Under the pieces are notes generated by a model, which was not told where the DNA came from, searched no databases, and worked only from the letters and a program-made list of their open reading frames with translations. DNA of 64,000 nucleotides from Candidatus Latescibacterota bacterium (GTDB taxonomy: Bacteria > Latescibacterota > UBA2968 > UBA8231), in contig CBDETY010000003.1 of NCBI GenBank assembly GCA_965243025.1, positions 2,336,001 to 2,400,000 on the forward strand, given 5' to 3'. How positions within the stretch are numbered: position 1 is the first letter of the stretch; the number at the start of each line of letters is the position of its first letter. A program made the translations under genes and the position numbers. Below, piece after piece: positions 29,872 through 40,100 of this stretch.

Positions 29872-30101
29872 CGGCTCGATCCTTCTCCTTTTTCCGGCGG
29901 TATTCCGCAGTTGGTGGGTACGGTGAGCGGCTTGGCTGTCCAAGGAATGATCGGGCAGGATCAGCAGCCAGCGGCTCCCGGGAATGGTCCGGTATTGTTA
30001 CTATCCCGCGGCCGGGAGTCAAACCCCTCGGCTCCCCCGGAAGCGTCTCGCTCACGCCTCGAACCGGATACCGGATGCGGCACCACTTCAGGAGATGATG
30101 C

Positions 30102-30578
30102 GTGACCGGCGCGAAGATCGACAGCGTTACCATTAGTCTCGAAGACCCCGCATGGCTGAAGTGGACCCTTCTCCTGTCCGTTCTGGCCTGGGCTGTTGTT
30201 TCCGTCCTCCAGTACGCTACGGGACAGCACCCGGTGCTGTGGCTTCTCACCACCGCCCTCTCGCTGCTGAGCATTCTCTTCGGTATGCTGCGCCGTGTGA
30301 AGTCGGGGCAGGGGATGTCGGACGCCTATCTCCGCGTCGACCCGGAGGGGATCCGGATCAAGCGGCTTCTGTCCCGGCCCCGGCGCTTCCCCTGGGAGCA
30401 GGTGCAGCGGGTGTGGCTGCGAGATGTCGTCGTCGAGGTGAACCTGCGGGGAGGCCGGCGCGAGCGCTGCCTGCTCAACCCCCGGCTGCACGCGGCTGCA
30501 CGCATGGAGGAGCTGCGCGACCTGCTCGGGCGGTACCGGGACCGCCACGAGTTCCCGCTGGCTGTGGATGAGGTTTGA
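30102..30578 (+). CDS. Hypothetical membrane protein (2 TM + PH-like domain)
   Basis: Two TM helices, then GIRIK..RRFPWEQV; AGGAG upstream. Confidence 0.6.
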   Translation: MTGAKIDSVTISLEDPAWLKWTLLLSVLAWAVVSVLQYATGQHPVLWLLTTALSLLSILFGMLRRVKSGQGMSDAYLRVDPEGIRIKRLLSRPRRFPWEQVQRVWLRDVVVEVNLRGGRRERCLLNPRLHAAARMEELRDLLGRYRDRHEFPLAVDEV

Positions 30579-30891
30579 AGCCGGGAGCGGAGGCGCCCGG
30601 TCGACGGGCGGCTGGGTCAGCGGCCGACAGCATCCGCTGCGATACCGCCGACAGCACCGACCTGATTTGTTGCCGGAGGCTGCCGGTGGGAGAAACTGCC
30701 TGGATGGCTGGCCTTCTTCGATGAAACCAAGGACCGGCCGCCGGGGTATGCGACACCAGACACCAGTTTAAAACAAGGACACCGGGAAACTTTGGTCCCC
30801 GGAGTTTCAATCCCGTCTTTGCCATCTCCAGGGACTTTCCCGAAAGGCGGGACCACATCGAGACTTTCAACCTGTTCTCCGGCTGAAAGTT

Positions 30892-32358
30892 TCACGACCT
30901 GCCCCTTATTCGAGTCCGGTAAATGTCCAAGGCTCTATTGCGCGCCAGGACATGGTCTATAATGGGACCCGGATAGTCCCTTCCCAGTCGGACACCCGCT
31001 TCGGCGAGGGCTGTCGGGGGAACCTCCCAGGGAGCGTGGATCAGCCCGTCCGGCAACCGCCGCAGCTCCGGGAGCCAGGTCCTCAGGTACCGTCCAGAGG
31101 CATCGAAACGCCGCGATTGAGCGACGGGGTTGAAGATCCGGAAGTAGGGTGCCGCATCCGCCCCGCAGCCGGCGGTCCATTGCCAGCCGGCGCTGTTGTT
31201 TGCCCAGTCGGCGTCGACCAGGGTGTCCCAGAACCAGTCCGCTCCGAGGCGCCAGTCGATCAGCAGGTGCTTGGTCAGGAAGGAGGCGGCGACCATGCGC
31301 ACCCGGTTGTGCATCCAGCCCCTCGCCCAGAGCTCGCGCATGCCGGCGTCCACCAGCGGGTAGCCGGTCAGGCCGCGCTGCCAGCGCCGCAGTCCATCCG
31401 CATCCTCCCGCCACGGCATGCGGTCGAACTCCTGCCGCAGGTTGGCTGTCCCCATGTCGGGGTTGTGGTACAGCAGGTGGTGGCTGAACTCGCGCCAGCC
31501 GAGCTCGCGCAGAAAGCTGTCCCTGCCGGGTCCTGGCTCGAGGGCGGCGAGCGCCGCGGCGACCTGGCGCGGACCGATCTCGCCGAAATGCAGGTGCGGG
31601 GACAGCCTGCTGGTTCCCGGGTCCCCCGGGTGCTCCCGGTCTTCGCGGTACCTGGCGACCCGGTCCTGCAGAAAGCGGTCGAACCTCTGGCGCGCGCCCG
31701 ATTCCCCCGGCTGCCAAACCTCGCGGAAACCCGCGGCCCAATCCGGGTTTTTGCACCGCAGGCCCCAGGATTCGAGGGATTCGCTGGCGGGCCACGAGGC
31801 CGGAGCTGCAAGTGAGGTCACGGGGCCTGCCGGATCTTCGAAACCCCGTTTCAGGCACTGGCGCCAGAAAGGGGTGAACACCCGGTAGGGGGAACCGCTG
31901 CCGGTACGGACCTCCCAGGGCTCGAACAGCAGGGAGGCATTGAAGGAACGGGGCTCCACTCCCGACTCCCTGCATTTCGCCTCGACTTCGATGTCGCGCC
32001 GGATCAGGGCGGGGTCGTAGAGCCGGTTCCAGACGATGGCCGAGGCCCCTGTCTCCCGCGCCAGCGCCCCTATCTCATCGCCGGCGGGACCGCGGCGGAG
32101 GATCAGGCGGCTGCCCAGACCCTCCAGCGCTCTGGCGAGAGCGCCGAGGCTGCCGTGCAGCCACCACCGGGAAGCGCCGCCGATCGGACGGCTCCCGGGG
32201 TCGTCGTCCAGGACGAAAACCGGAACTACCGGCCGGCCGCTTCGGGCTGCCCGGGACAGGGCCTGGTTGTCCTCCAGGCGCAGGTCGCTGCGGAACCAGA
32301 CGAGGACCGGGGAATGGCCGCTGCTGCCGGAAGGGCGTCCGGTGCTGCCTACGGCCAC
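30892..32358 (-). CDS. phrB: Deoxyribodipyrimidine photolyase (CPD photolyase)
   Basis: WFRSDLRLEDN, TSRLSPHLHFGEIG, WREF, TGYPLVDAGMREL, GWMHNRVRM, DAAPYFRIFNP. Confidence 0.95.
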   Translation of the reverse strand: MAVGSTGRPSGSSGHSPVLVWFRSDLRLEDNQALSRAARSGRPVVPVFVLDDDPGSRPIGGASRWWLHGSLGALARALEGLGSRLILRRGPAGDEIGALARETGASAIVWNRLYDPALIRRDIEVEAKCRESGVEPRSFNASLLFEPWEVRTGSGSPYRVFTPFWRQCLKRGFEDPAGPVTSLAAPASWPASESLESWGLRCKNPDWAAGFREVWQPGESGARQRFDRFLQDRVARYREDREHPGDPGTSRLSPHLHFGEIGPRQVAAALAALEPGPGRDSFLRELGWREFSHHLLYHNPDMGTANLRQEFDRMPWREDADGLRRWQRGLTGYPLVDAGMRELWARGWMHNRVRMVAASFLTKHLLIDWRLGADWFWDTLVDADWANNSAGWQWTAGCGADAAPYFRIFNPVAQSRRFDASGRYLRTWLPELRRLPDGLIHAPWEVPPTALAEAGVRLGRDYPGPIIDHVLARNRALDIYRTRIRGRS

Positions 32359-32450
32359 TTCCCGCCTTCGTGGAAATCAACCTGCATCGTCGATGCCCCC
32401 TGGGGTGTCCCGGCTCAAAGATGGTTCCCACGGTGGGGCTCAGGAGCCCC

Positions 32451-32819
32451 TCACTCCGATGGTGAAGCTGTCTGCTTGGAGGATGGAGCGGTTCCCCGGG
32501 CAAGTATCCGGGCAACCAGGGCGTTCATGCTGATACCTGCCTGCCCTGCCTGCATCGCCAGCCGCCGATGCAGGATCTTGTCGATCCGCACGTTGAACTG
32601 GCCGCTGTACTCCTTTCGGGCCGGTGCGACCGGCACCGGCTCGCCGTGCTCCCGGTAGCTTTCCTTGGCCGCTTCCCAGGCGGCGGCCAACTCCGCCAGG
32701 GCTTCGGCCGGGGTACCGGCAAAGGCCGAAACAGAGGGCATTTCCACCAGGTGTCCCAGCCAATCGCCGTCTTCATCCTGAAAGAGATTGACCGAGAACC
32801 CGTCGAAATCATCCTGCAT
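32451..32819 (-). CDS. hicB: HicB family antitoxin (RHH C-terminal domain)
   Basis: D.DGDWL..P.VSAF..TPAEAL, EPVP, YSGQFNVRI..LHRRLA..A..GISMN. Confidence 0.88.
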   Translation of the reverse strand: MQDDFDGFSVNLFQDEDGDWLGHLVEMPSVSAFAGTPAEALAELAAAWEAAKESYREHGEPVPVAPARKEYSGQFNVRIDKILHRRLAMQAGQAGISMNALVARILARGTAPSSKQTASPSE

Positions 32820-33054
32820 CGTCTGATTCCTCCGCATAGTGCCGCAAGAATCGCTCTACCTGGTACCCTTTGGCCCTGTTTCCCCTGGCCTGTACCGCCA
32901 AGCGCATGCCCTGGGGGGAATACCAGATTCGGTGCGAGCCCCGTTGCCGGTCAAAGGTCCATCCGCACTGCGTGAGCAACGTTTCGAATTCGTTGAAGCG
33001 CAATGAGTTGGAGTTGCGGATCGCCTTTTCGAGCAACTTGCTCTGTCGGACCAT
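32809..33054 (-). CDS. hicA: HicA family toxin
   Basis: RFNEFETLL..GW...RGSHRIW, AKGYQV. Confidence 0.88.
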   Translation of the reverse strand: MVRQSKLLEKAIRNSNSLRFNEFETLLTQCGWTFDRQRGSHRIWYSPQGMRLAVQARGNRAKGYQVERFLRHYAEESDDAG

Positions 33055-33086
33055 TGCAACTAAATGCAGTTACAAGAGCGTCGCAA
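33054..33086 (-). promoter_or_regulatory. hicAB promoter with operator inverted repeat
   Basis: TTGCGA -35-like box. The inverted repeat TTGTAACT-N6-AGTTGCAA (7/8 match) abuts the hicA ATG. Confidence 0.55.
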
Positions 33087-33121
33087 GGAGGCAGGATGAT
33101 GGATGCACATCCAGAGGCCGG

Positions 33122-35749
33122 CTACTTTAGCAGGAGCATCCCCATGGAGCGGCGACCCTCGGGCGTGCTCAGGAGAGCCTGGTAGCGGCCGCTGGCCAGG
33201 GGCCGGCCCTTCTGGTCGGTGCCGTCCCAGGCGATCCGGTATGCTCCCGGTGTCCGGTGGCCTTCGTCCACGACCCTGACGAGCTGGCCCAGGCTGTTGT
33301 AGATACCGAGACGAACCGGCCCGGCCGCGGTCAGATGAAAGGGAATGAGGGTGCGGGTGTTGAACGGGTTGGGATGGTTGGGCTCCAGGGCCAGCCGCTG
33401 CGGACTGCGCGGCCCGGGTTCGACCGCGGTGGGCCATGCCTCCCCGGGGGCGAGAACCGGCTGGTCGGCGAGGTGGACGGCGGTCAGACGGGCTTCCCCG
33501 GGGCGGGCCCCGGGATCGGGGTACAGGCGCAGCAATTCCCCCTCCCCGAAGGCCGGACGCGGCCCGGCGAACGCGATCCGGGTGGCCCCGTCCTTGTGCC
33601 GGAAGTCCAGCAGGAAATTCTCCAGGCCGGAATCCAGCTCGACCCGGCCGCGGACCCCTTCGACCGCCATGCTGCCGGAAGGGGCCGCGGAGCGTTCGTC
33701 GATCCAGACCGCCAGGTGGTCGCCGCGGACCATCAGGGCCAGCAGAGGCGCCGGGTGCCCCGCCTTGGATGCCGCCACGATCCGGGGGTGGTTGTCCGCC
33801 CCGTCCTCCTGCACCGGGAAGCGGCGGATCAGGCCCACCCGGTGCTGCAGGATGAGGGAGGCGTCCAGAGGGGTGATTCTGCCTGAGGCGGCGTCGAAGG
33901 CCTGGGCGTCGACGTTGGTCGACAGAGAATCGAGCCCTGTCAGGAAGGGCTCCAGCACGTGGGAAAGCACCCGGGCCGCGTCGAAGGTCTGCAACCGTTT
34001 GTTGCCGTCGGCGTCGCCGAAGAGACCGACGATGTTCGTCGCCGCGGTCCGCACTTCCGGGGTGCCCGTCTGCGTCAGGGCGTCCGTGTAACTCACCTCG
34101 ACCCGGTCCCCCCGGGCCACCGCAAGGGCACTCCCCGATCCTGTCAGGTTGACCGGCAAGCGGCCGGCGAACTGGCTGTCGTCCGCCCCGGCCTCCCGCA
34201 GGGTTGCCGCAACGGGAAGGCCCGCGGCGTTGCGCCGGGCATGCACGGCCACCTGCTCGCGCACCAGGGGATCGAGGTTGAGGTCCGGGTCGGTCACCAG
34301 GATGCGCAGCGAGTCCCCCGGCTGGGCCGCGGCCGTGACCGCCAGCCTGCCGTCCTCTCCCCCCAGGGAGACCGAATCGCACCGCACCTCCGCCTTGCCT
34401 GCGGCGCTCAGACTGTCGTCGTAACAGGCCGTAACCCGAATCGCCGTCCCCACCTCGATGCTGTCGTTTGCGGCCGACGGAAGGCCCCGGAAGGTGCGGA
34501 AGGTCCCCTGGAACAGGCCGGTGGCGTCGTCGACCTCAGCGAGCAGCACCTTTTCGCTGTCGCTTCCGCTCTTCACGGTCACGGCCAGCGTGTCGGGCTT
34601 GAGGGAGTCGCGGTTTTCGTCGGGGTCCCGCGTCTTCAGGGTCAGCCCCGTGCCCGGAAACAGCAGCGCGGGCAAGGCATCCAGGGTGCCGGTGGTGCCC
34701 GTCCACCGCAGCCGGCCGTCCACCTTGGTGACGCCAAAAGCGCCGTCGTTGAGGAGGGCGTGGGTCAGGTAGAGCGGGGCCGTGGTGACCTTGCGGCGCC
34801 CCGCGGTGTCGAAGGAGAGATCGACCAGGGCGCCGTCCCCGGCCAGGGCCGGCCCGTTGGAGGCCAGGACGATCTTTAGCGTGTTGAAGTTGGTTCCCAC
34901 CGAGGTATTCTCCTCCAGGACCCAGGCCCTGGTCAGTTCCGCCAGGGTCACCGCGGCCGGAGCCGCCCTCAGCAGGTCGGGATCGTAGGCCACGAACAAC
35001 TCGACCGCGACAATTTCCCGGCCGGCGATCCCGGTCAGTCGAACCGGCAGATCGATGCGGGTTCCGTAGAATGCCGTCGTATCGGGCAGGATCAGGCTCG
35101 GACCCGAAGTTGCGGTGCTGGTGTCAGGCGTCGAGGGCTGGCTGGCTGCCGGCGGTGGGGCCCCACCGGTCCCGGGGGTGGGGCTGTCCCGGGCGGAGAA
35201 GTCGGCCAGGTTGTCACCGGTATCCGACCCGTCCGCGGCCCTGGAGAGACTCTGACCGGCCGTGACCTGCGGGGCGGGATTCCCCTCGCCGGCGTTGTGC
35301 TGCCCGGCATCCCCGTACTGAAGGGCGTCGACGATCCGGTCCTCGGGGTCGCGCAGCTGGACCGCGTCCGGACCGTTCTGCCAGTCGACGTTGGCGGTGA
35401 AGTCCCGGTGGGTAAGGGCGTCCCCGGTGGCGTTTTCATGGGCAACTACCAGCAGGCTGTCCGCGGGAATGGTCGCCCCGTCGAGAGAGATGGTTCGGTA
35501 CGCCTGCCCGTTGCTGCCGTTGACCCCCACCAGGCTCCAGCCGTCCATGACCTTGCCGGCCGGGCCGGAAATTTCGGTGAAGGCCTCTTCGGAATCGGTG
35601 CCGGACCCGTCGTAGAGCACCTCCTGAATGAGGACCGGGGTGTCGGTCTGAGCGGCAGCCGGGTGAACCGCGGAAAAGGCCAGGATCAGCAGGCCGCTCG
35701 CGAGACCGGGGGGTTGGAGGAATGGGGATGCAGCAGTGCGCTGTGTCAT
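33122..35749 (-). CDS. Secreted multidomain protein: lamin-tail domain, cohesin-like, Ig-like repeats, dockerin-like, FlgD/T9SS-like C-terminal domain
   Basis: Signal peptide; IQEVLYDG..EAFTEI..SPTPG (LTD); P/S/T linker; DLPVRL..FVAYDPDLL..GDGALVDLSF (cohesin-like); DPD.N.D repeats; FGDADGN..DAARVL/ITPLDASLILQ (dockerin-like); PNHPNPFN.T.I..IYNSLGQLVR..WDGTDQ.G..SG.Y. Confidence 0.8.
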   Translation of the reverse strand: MTQRTAASPFLQPPGLASGLLILAFSAVHPAAAQTDTPVLIQEVLYDGSGTDSEEAFTEISGPAGKVMDGWSLVGVNGSNGQAYRTISLDGATIPADSLLVVAHENATGDALTHRDFTANVDWQNGPDAVQLRDPEDRIVDALQYGDAGQHNAGEGNPAPQVTAGQSLSRAADGSDTGDNLADFSARDSPTPGTGGAPPPAASQPSTPDTSTATSGPSLILPDTTAFYGTRIDLPVRLTGIAGREIVAVELFVAYDPDLLRAAPAAVTLAELTRAWVLEENTSVGTNFNTLKIVLASNGPALAGDGALVDLSFDTAGRRKVTTAPLYLTHALLNDGAFGVTKVDGRLRWTGTTGTLDALPALLFPGTGLTLKTRDPDENRDSLKPDTLAVTVKSGSDSEKVLLAEVDDATGLFQGTFRTFRGLPSAANDSIEVGTAIRVTACYDDSLSAAGKAEVRCDSVSLGGEDGRLAVTAAAQPGDSLRILVTDPDLNLDPLVREQVAVHARRNAAGLPVAATLREAGADDSQFAGRLPVNLTGSGSALAVARGDRVEVSYTDALTQTGTPEVRTAATNIVGLFGDADGNKRLQTFDAARVLSHVLEPFLTGLDSLSTNVDAQAFDAASGRITPLDASLILQHRVGLIRRFPVQEDGADNHPRIVAASKAGHPAPLLALMVRGDHLAVWIDERSAAPSGSMAVEGVRGRVELDSGLENFLLDFRHKDGATRIAFAGPRPAFGEGELLRLYPDPGARPGEARLTAVHLADQPVLAPGEAWPTAVEPGPRSPQRLALEPNHPNPFNTRTLIPFHLTAAGPVRLGIYNSLGQLVRVVDEGHRTPGAYRIAWDGTDQKGRPLASGRYQALLSTPEGRRSMGMLLLK

Positions 35750-35813
35750 GGCCGTACCGCCCTGGATGCAAGATGAGCTGGAAGCGAGGGATTTGATTTT
35801 CCGCCTGCTCTTC

Positions 35814-35829
35814 TGCACGCACCGTGCCA
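35814..35829 (-). promoter_or_regulatory. Putative sigma54 (-24/-12) promoter
   Basis: The minus strand reads TGGCACGGTGCGTGCA (GG-N10-GC; one mismatch to TGGCACG-N4-TTGCA), 65 bp upstream of the ATG at 35749. Confidence 0.55.
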
Positions 35830-36189
35830 GCGCCGCGGGGGGCTGCCCGGACGGGTCATCCGGTTGCGGGGCAGGGCATTAGGACCGAGCCCCCCGGAGG
35901 TCCGCCGCGGACGGGGTGTTACCTGTCGGGGGCACCCGGTGGGGCGGTACGGATACAGCTTGGTGTCGCGGGGGTGAGACACCGGTATTCCATCTCAGGG
36001 TCTTCGGTGCCGGCCGGTGAGTATCCAGATCATTTTCCGCCCGGGAAGAGGGGCCAGGTAGCAGAAAATCTCGGATTTCCCTTTCAGGGATTGGGTGATC
36101 CGGTTCACGATGCTTGCTGATGGCTGGCTTCCTCGGCTATTTCCCAAAGGAAACCGCCATGCAATAACTCCTGGGAGAGACGGCGACTC

Positions 36190-37014
36190 GTGATCATCCC
36201 CCTCATCGAAACAATCAGGAATCTTCACAACCCGCGTAGGCGGCCGGACTCACCCGGGGAAATCCAGGCCCGGCGGCTGAGCGGGACCTTCGCGGCAGTC
36301 CTCGCCGCCTGTTTGACGGGGGCATCCTGTACCCACACGCAGGAGGCGGCAGAGGTTGAATTCAGCTTCTCTTTCGAAGGCGACGCCGAGGAGTGGACCG
36401 CCGGGTTCGCGGACTTGCCCGCCGGCTTCGACCCGTCGATCTACGAGCTCGACTCCGGGAACCGCCGGCTTCCCGACGGCCTCGAAGGCAACGGCCTCTA
36501 CATCCGGGGGCACAACCGCAGCGACGACCTCTTCATGTTCTTCAAGAAGCAGGTCGGCGGACTGAAGGCGGATGCGGAATACACCGCCGTCCTTTCCCTC
36601 GATCTGGCGACCAACGTCCAGGAAGGTCTGGTCGGCATCGGCGGTTCTCCCGGCGAGAGCGTGTTCGTGAAAGCGGGAGCGTCCGCCGTCGAGCCCCTGG
36701 CGCCGGAGGACGACAGCGGGTACTTCAGGATGAACATCGACAAGGGCAACCAGTCCAGGGGGGGCCGGTCGATGGCGGTTCTGGGGCACGCCGCCCATCC
36801 GGAGGTGACCGGGGAGGAGTACCGCATCAAACGCCTCGACAACACCGGCAGCCCGGTGCCGGTCGCCGCGGACGGAGCGGGAAAGCTGTGGCTGATCGTC
36901 GGCACCGACTCCGGGTTCGAGGGACTGAGCGCCTTCTACTACGCCCGCATCGCCTGCACGCTCACCCCGGAGGGAACCCCGGGCTCGGGGGGTTCCCCCC
37001 TCGGGGTCGACTAA
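36190..37014 (+). CDS. Hypothetical exported protein / probable lipoprotein
   Basis: Hydrophobic segment ending in Cys; NRSDDLFMF and GTDSGFEG motifs; GC-rich codon usage. Start uncertain. Confidence 0.7.
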   Translation: MIIPLIETIRNLHNPRRRPDSPGEIQARRLSGTFAAVLAACLTGASCTHTQEAAEVEFSFSFEGDAEEWTAGFADLPAGFDPSIYELDSGNRRLPDGLEGNGLYIRGHNRSDDLFMFFKKQVGGLKADAEYTAVLSLDLATNVQEGLVGIGGSPGESVFVKAGASAVEPLAPEDDSGYFRMNIDKGNQSRGGRSMAVLGHAAHPEVTGEEYRIKRLDNTGSPVPVAADGAGKLWLIVGTDSGFEGLSAFYYARIACTLTPEGTPGSGGSPLGVD

Positions 37015-37168
37015 AGTCCAGACAGGTCGAGGTCAGGACCAGGGCGTCTCAAACAAGCCGCCGGCCAGGTGCGGTTGCCGAAGGCCCGCCGGAATCGGCA
37101 AACCCGGTTTCGATCTTCCTCGACACCCCCCTGTCCGGCCCCTGCCGTGGCCGAGAGGCGCTTCAGCC

Positions 37169-40100
37169 TTACGGGCTCCGGGCTTCCTCGGAAAAGGCAC
37201 AGATCCCGTTGGCCAGCCGCATCTGCCGCACCGAGCGGCACTCCGGCTCGAACAGCTTCGGGGTCGCCACCAGGATGCAGACGCAGCGGGCGCGGCTCGT
37301 GGCGACGTTGAGCCGGTTGAGGCTGTACAGGAACTCCATGCCGCGCGGGGCATCCTCCGGGCTCGAGGTGGTCATGCTGTAGACGACGGCGGCAGCCTCT
37401 TGGCCCTGGAACCTGTCGACGGTGCCGACCTCCACCCCGGGGAGCCTCGCCCGCAATTCCGCCACCTGGGCGTTGTAGGGAGCCACCACGAGGATGTCCT
37501 CAAGCCGTTTCACCTTGCCGTCGGTATCCCTCCAGGTCACCCCCTCCCGCGTAAGGTCCGCCACCACCTCGGCGACCCGCTCCACCTCCTCCGGGCTGGT
37601 GCCCTGGTTCCCCTCGTGTTCCACCTCCTCCACCCACAGGCCTGCCCCGCGGTACTTCGTCGGCCCCTCGACGGCCTGCCGCTCCATCCCTTCCCGGGAA
37701 CTCAGCTGCCCCTCGTAGAACTGCCGCGAGGTGAAGCCGCAGACCGCCGGGTGCAGGCGCCAGGTCTGCTCGAGGAACAGGCCCTTCTCCTGCGGCATGA
37801 CGCTGCCCTCGCCGATCACGTGCTGCAGCGCCGACACGTCGGTCCCTTCCGGGTGGCTCCCCTTCTGCGGCTGCTCGAGCTGCTGCGGGTCGCCGAGCAG
37901 CACCAGGCTGCGCGCGCACGGGCTCATGGCCAGCGCGTTGGCGAGGCTCATCTGTCCCGCTTCGTCGACGAACAGCACGTCCACCGATCCGGCGTACTCC
38001 TCGCGCGACCACAGCCAGGCGGTGCCCCCCACGACGGTCGCCTCGCCCGCTTCCAGGGCGGCTAGCGGCCTCTGGTTGCTTGTGGTCTCCTCGATTCCCT
38101 CAGGGGGTTTGTCCGAGGGAACCGTCACCTTGTGGAGGCAGGCCAGCTCCGCCTTTTCCTCCGCGGCGGCTTTGAGGGCGCTTTCCAGCAGGTTGACGAT
38201 CACCTTGTGGCTCACCGCGGAGACGCCCACCCGCTTTCCCCGCTTCACCAAGTCGACAATCATGCGGGCCCCGGTGAAGGTCTTGCCGCTTCCCGGCGGA
38301 CCCTGGACCGGCAGCGTCCCGCCGTCGAGCACCCCAGTGAGGCGGCGCGCGGCATCGACCGCTGATTCACCTCCACTGCGGAGCGGACCCGGGCGCGTCC
38401 GCCGCGGACCGAGGCGCAGCAGCAGGTCGCGGCCGGCCCGGGCGCAGGTTTCCGCGCCTCCGGCGTCAACTCCGTTTCCGGCCACCCATTCGCCGAGGCG
38501 CATCAGGCTTTCGCGCAGTTTATCCGCGCGAATTTCGTCCCACTCGTACACCGACCTCGGCCGCGCCTCCTTTTTATTACCCGACTGCTTGATATCCACC
38601 GTCCGGACGATGAGGTCGATGCCGACGACCTCTCCCAGTCTTTCGCCATCCGCATCGAACAGCTTTGCCCCTTCTCCGATCTCGACGATCTGCTCCGGAT
38701 AGGAGTACCGGTGGCGGGGGTTCCTCTCCTTTCCCATCTTCGGGAGCTGCTCCTTCCATTCGAGCCCGGCTACCCCCGCCTTCTCGTCCAACAGCTCGTC
38801 CTCGGGCAGGTCGCGAAGCCTGAAAAACTCCCACCAGGCGGTCTTCTCCTCGCGCCAGTGCCAGTCGAGCAGGTAGGCGAGCAGCCAGCGGCCCTGTTCG
38901 TCCCTGTTGCGCTCCTCCGGCAACGGCGACACCCCCTCCGTAAGGCGGCCGCGCAGGTCCTCCAGCTCCTGCTGCCGCTCGCTCAGCGCCCCCCCGGGCT
39001 CCCCCTCCTGCGGCAAAGGCCGCGGCACCTCCACCCCTGCCGCGACCTGGCCGTCGCGCAGCTCCTCCAGCCACTGCCGCAGCCGCCACGTCGACACGCA
39101 GTCGTCCTCGTTGTACCGGCGCACGATCTCGCGGATCTCCTCCGGGGCCGCCTGCCCCTGTCCGGTCTCCAGCAGGGCCTCCAGCCGGCGCTTCGGGCGG
39201 CTCACCTCGGGGAGGGCGATGCGGCGCTCGTACCCGAAGAACCGCTCCAGCTCCTTGATCGAGTAGCTCTCGACGCCGGCGCGCACCGCCTGCCGCGTCA
39301 CCCGGTACAGGTCGACGAACGCCTCGGCGCGCAGCAGCTCGTCCACCTCCTGCTCGCGCGTTGCGTAGCGGCCCATCAGCCGCTTGAGGGCCGCCGGCTC
39401 GTACGGGGCGTAGTGGTAGACGTGCATCCCCGGATGCTTTTCGCGCCGCTCCATCACCATGTCGATGAAGCGCTCGAAGGCCACCTGTTCCGATTGCCCG
39501 TCGTGGGCCCAGTCGTGGCCGTAGGCCGGCTCTCCAGGGCTCCCGTCCGGCACCGCCGCCCACCCGAACAGGTACTCCAGGCCGGCCTCCCCGACGAACG
39601 GATCTCCCTCCAGGTCGAAGAACAGGTCCCCGGCATCCGGCTCGGGCAGGCGCGCCAAGCCGCTGTCCTCGCTGACCGGGAGGGTCTCGAAGTACGGCTC
39701 CGGGCTGGTGCGGTCCTTCAGCTGCACGTGCGCCTGGTGTTGGGAATGGTCCAGACTCTCGCGGCTGCCCCGCCCCGGTTTCAGGCCGGGCTCGAGAGGC
39801 TCGCACCCGAACCGCTCGACAGTGCCGATCCCCCACCCGGTCAGCTCGCTCCTCTGCCCGCGCGTGATCCCGGCCACCAGGCTGAGGTGGTCGTCATCGT
39901 GCCGCTGCCTGTCGCAAAGTTTCCACCAGTCGCAGACGTTGCAGTGCTCGCACGGCTCGGGGTAGGTGTCGGCCCCGTTGCGGGCCGCCTCTTCGAGGCG
40001 CCTCTTCACCCGGCGGTAGCAGGCCTCGTAATGATCGACGCGGTACACCTCCGGCTCGAAGCCGGTGCCCGGGGTCACCACCTTGACCGCGTCCGGCCGC

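Noticed and set aside
30580-30890. Possible REP-associated transposase remnant or riboswitch between convergent genes
   Set aside because: No convincing translation or aptamer consensus.
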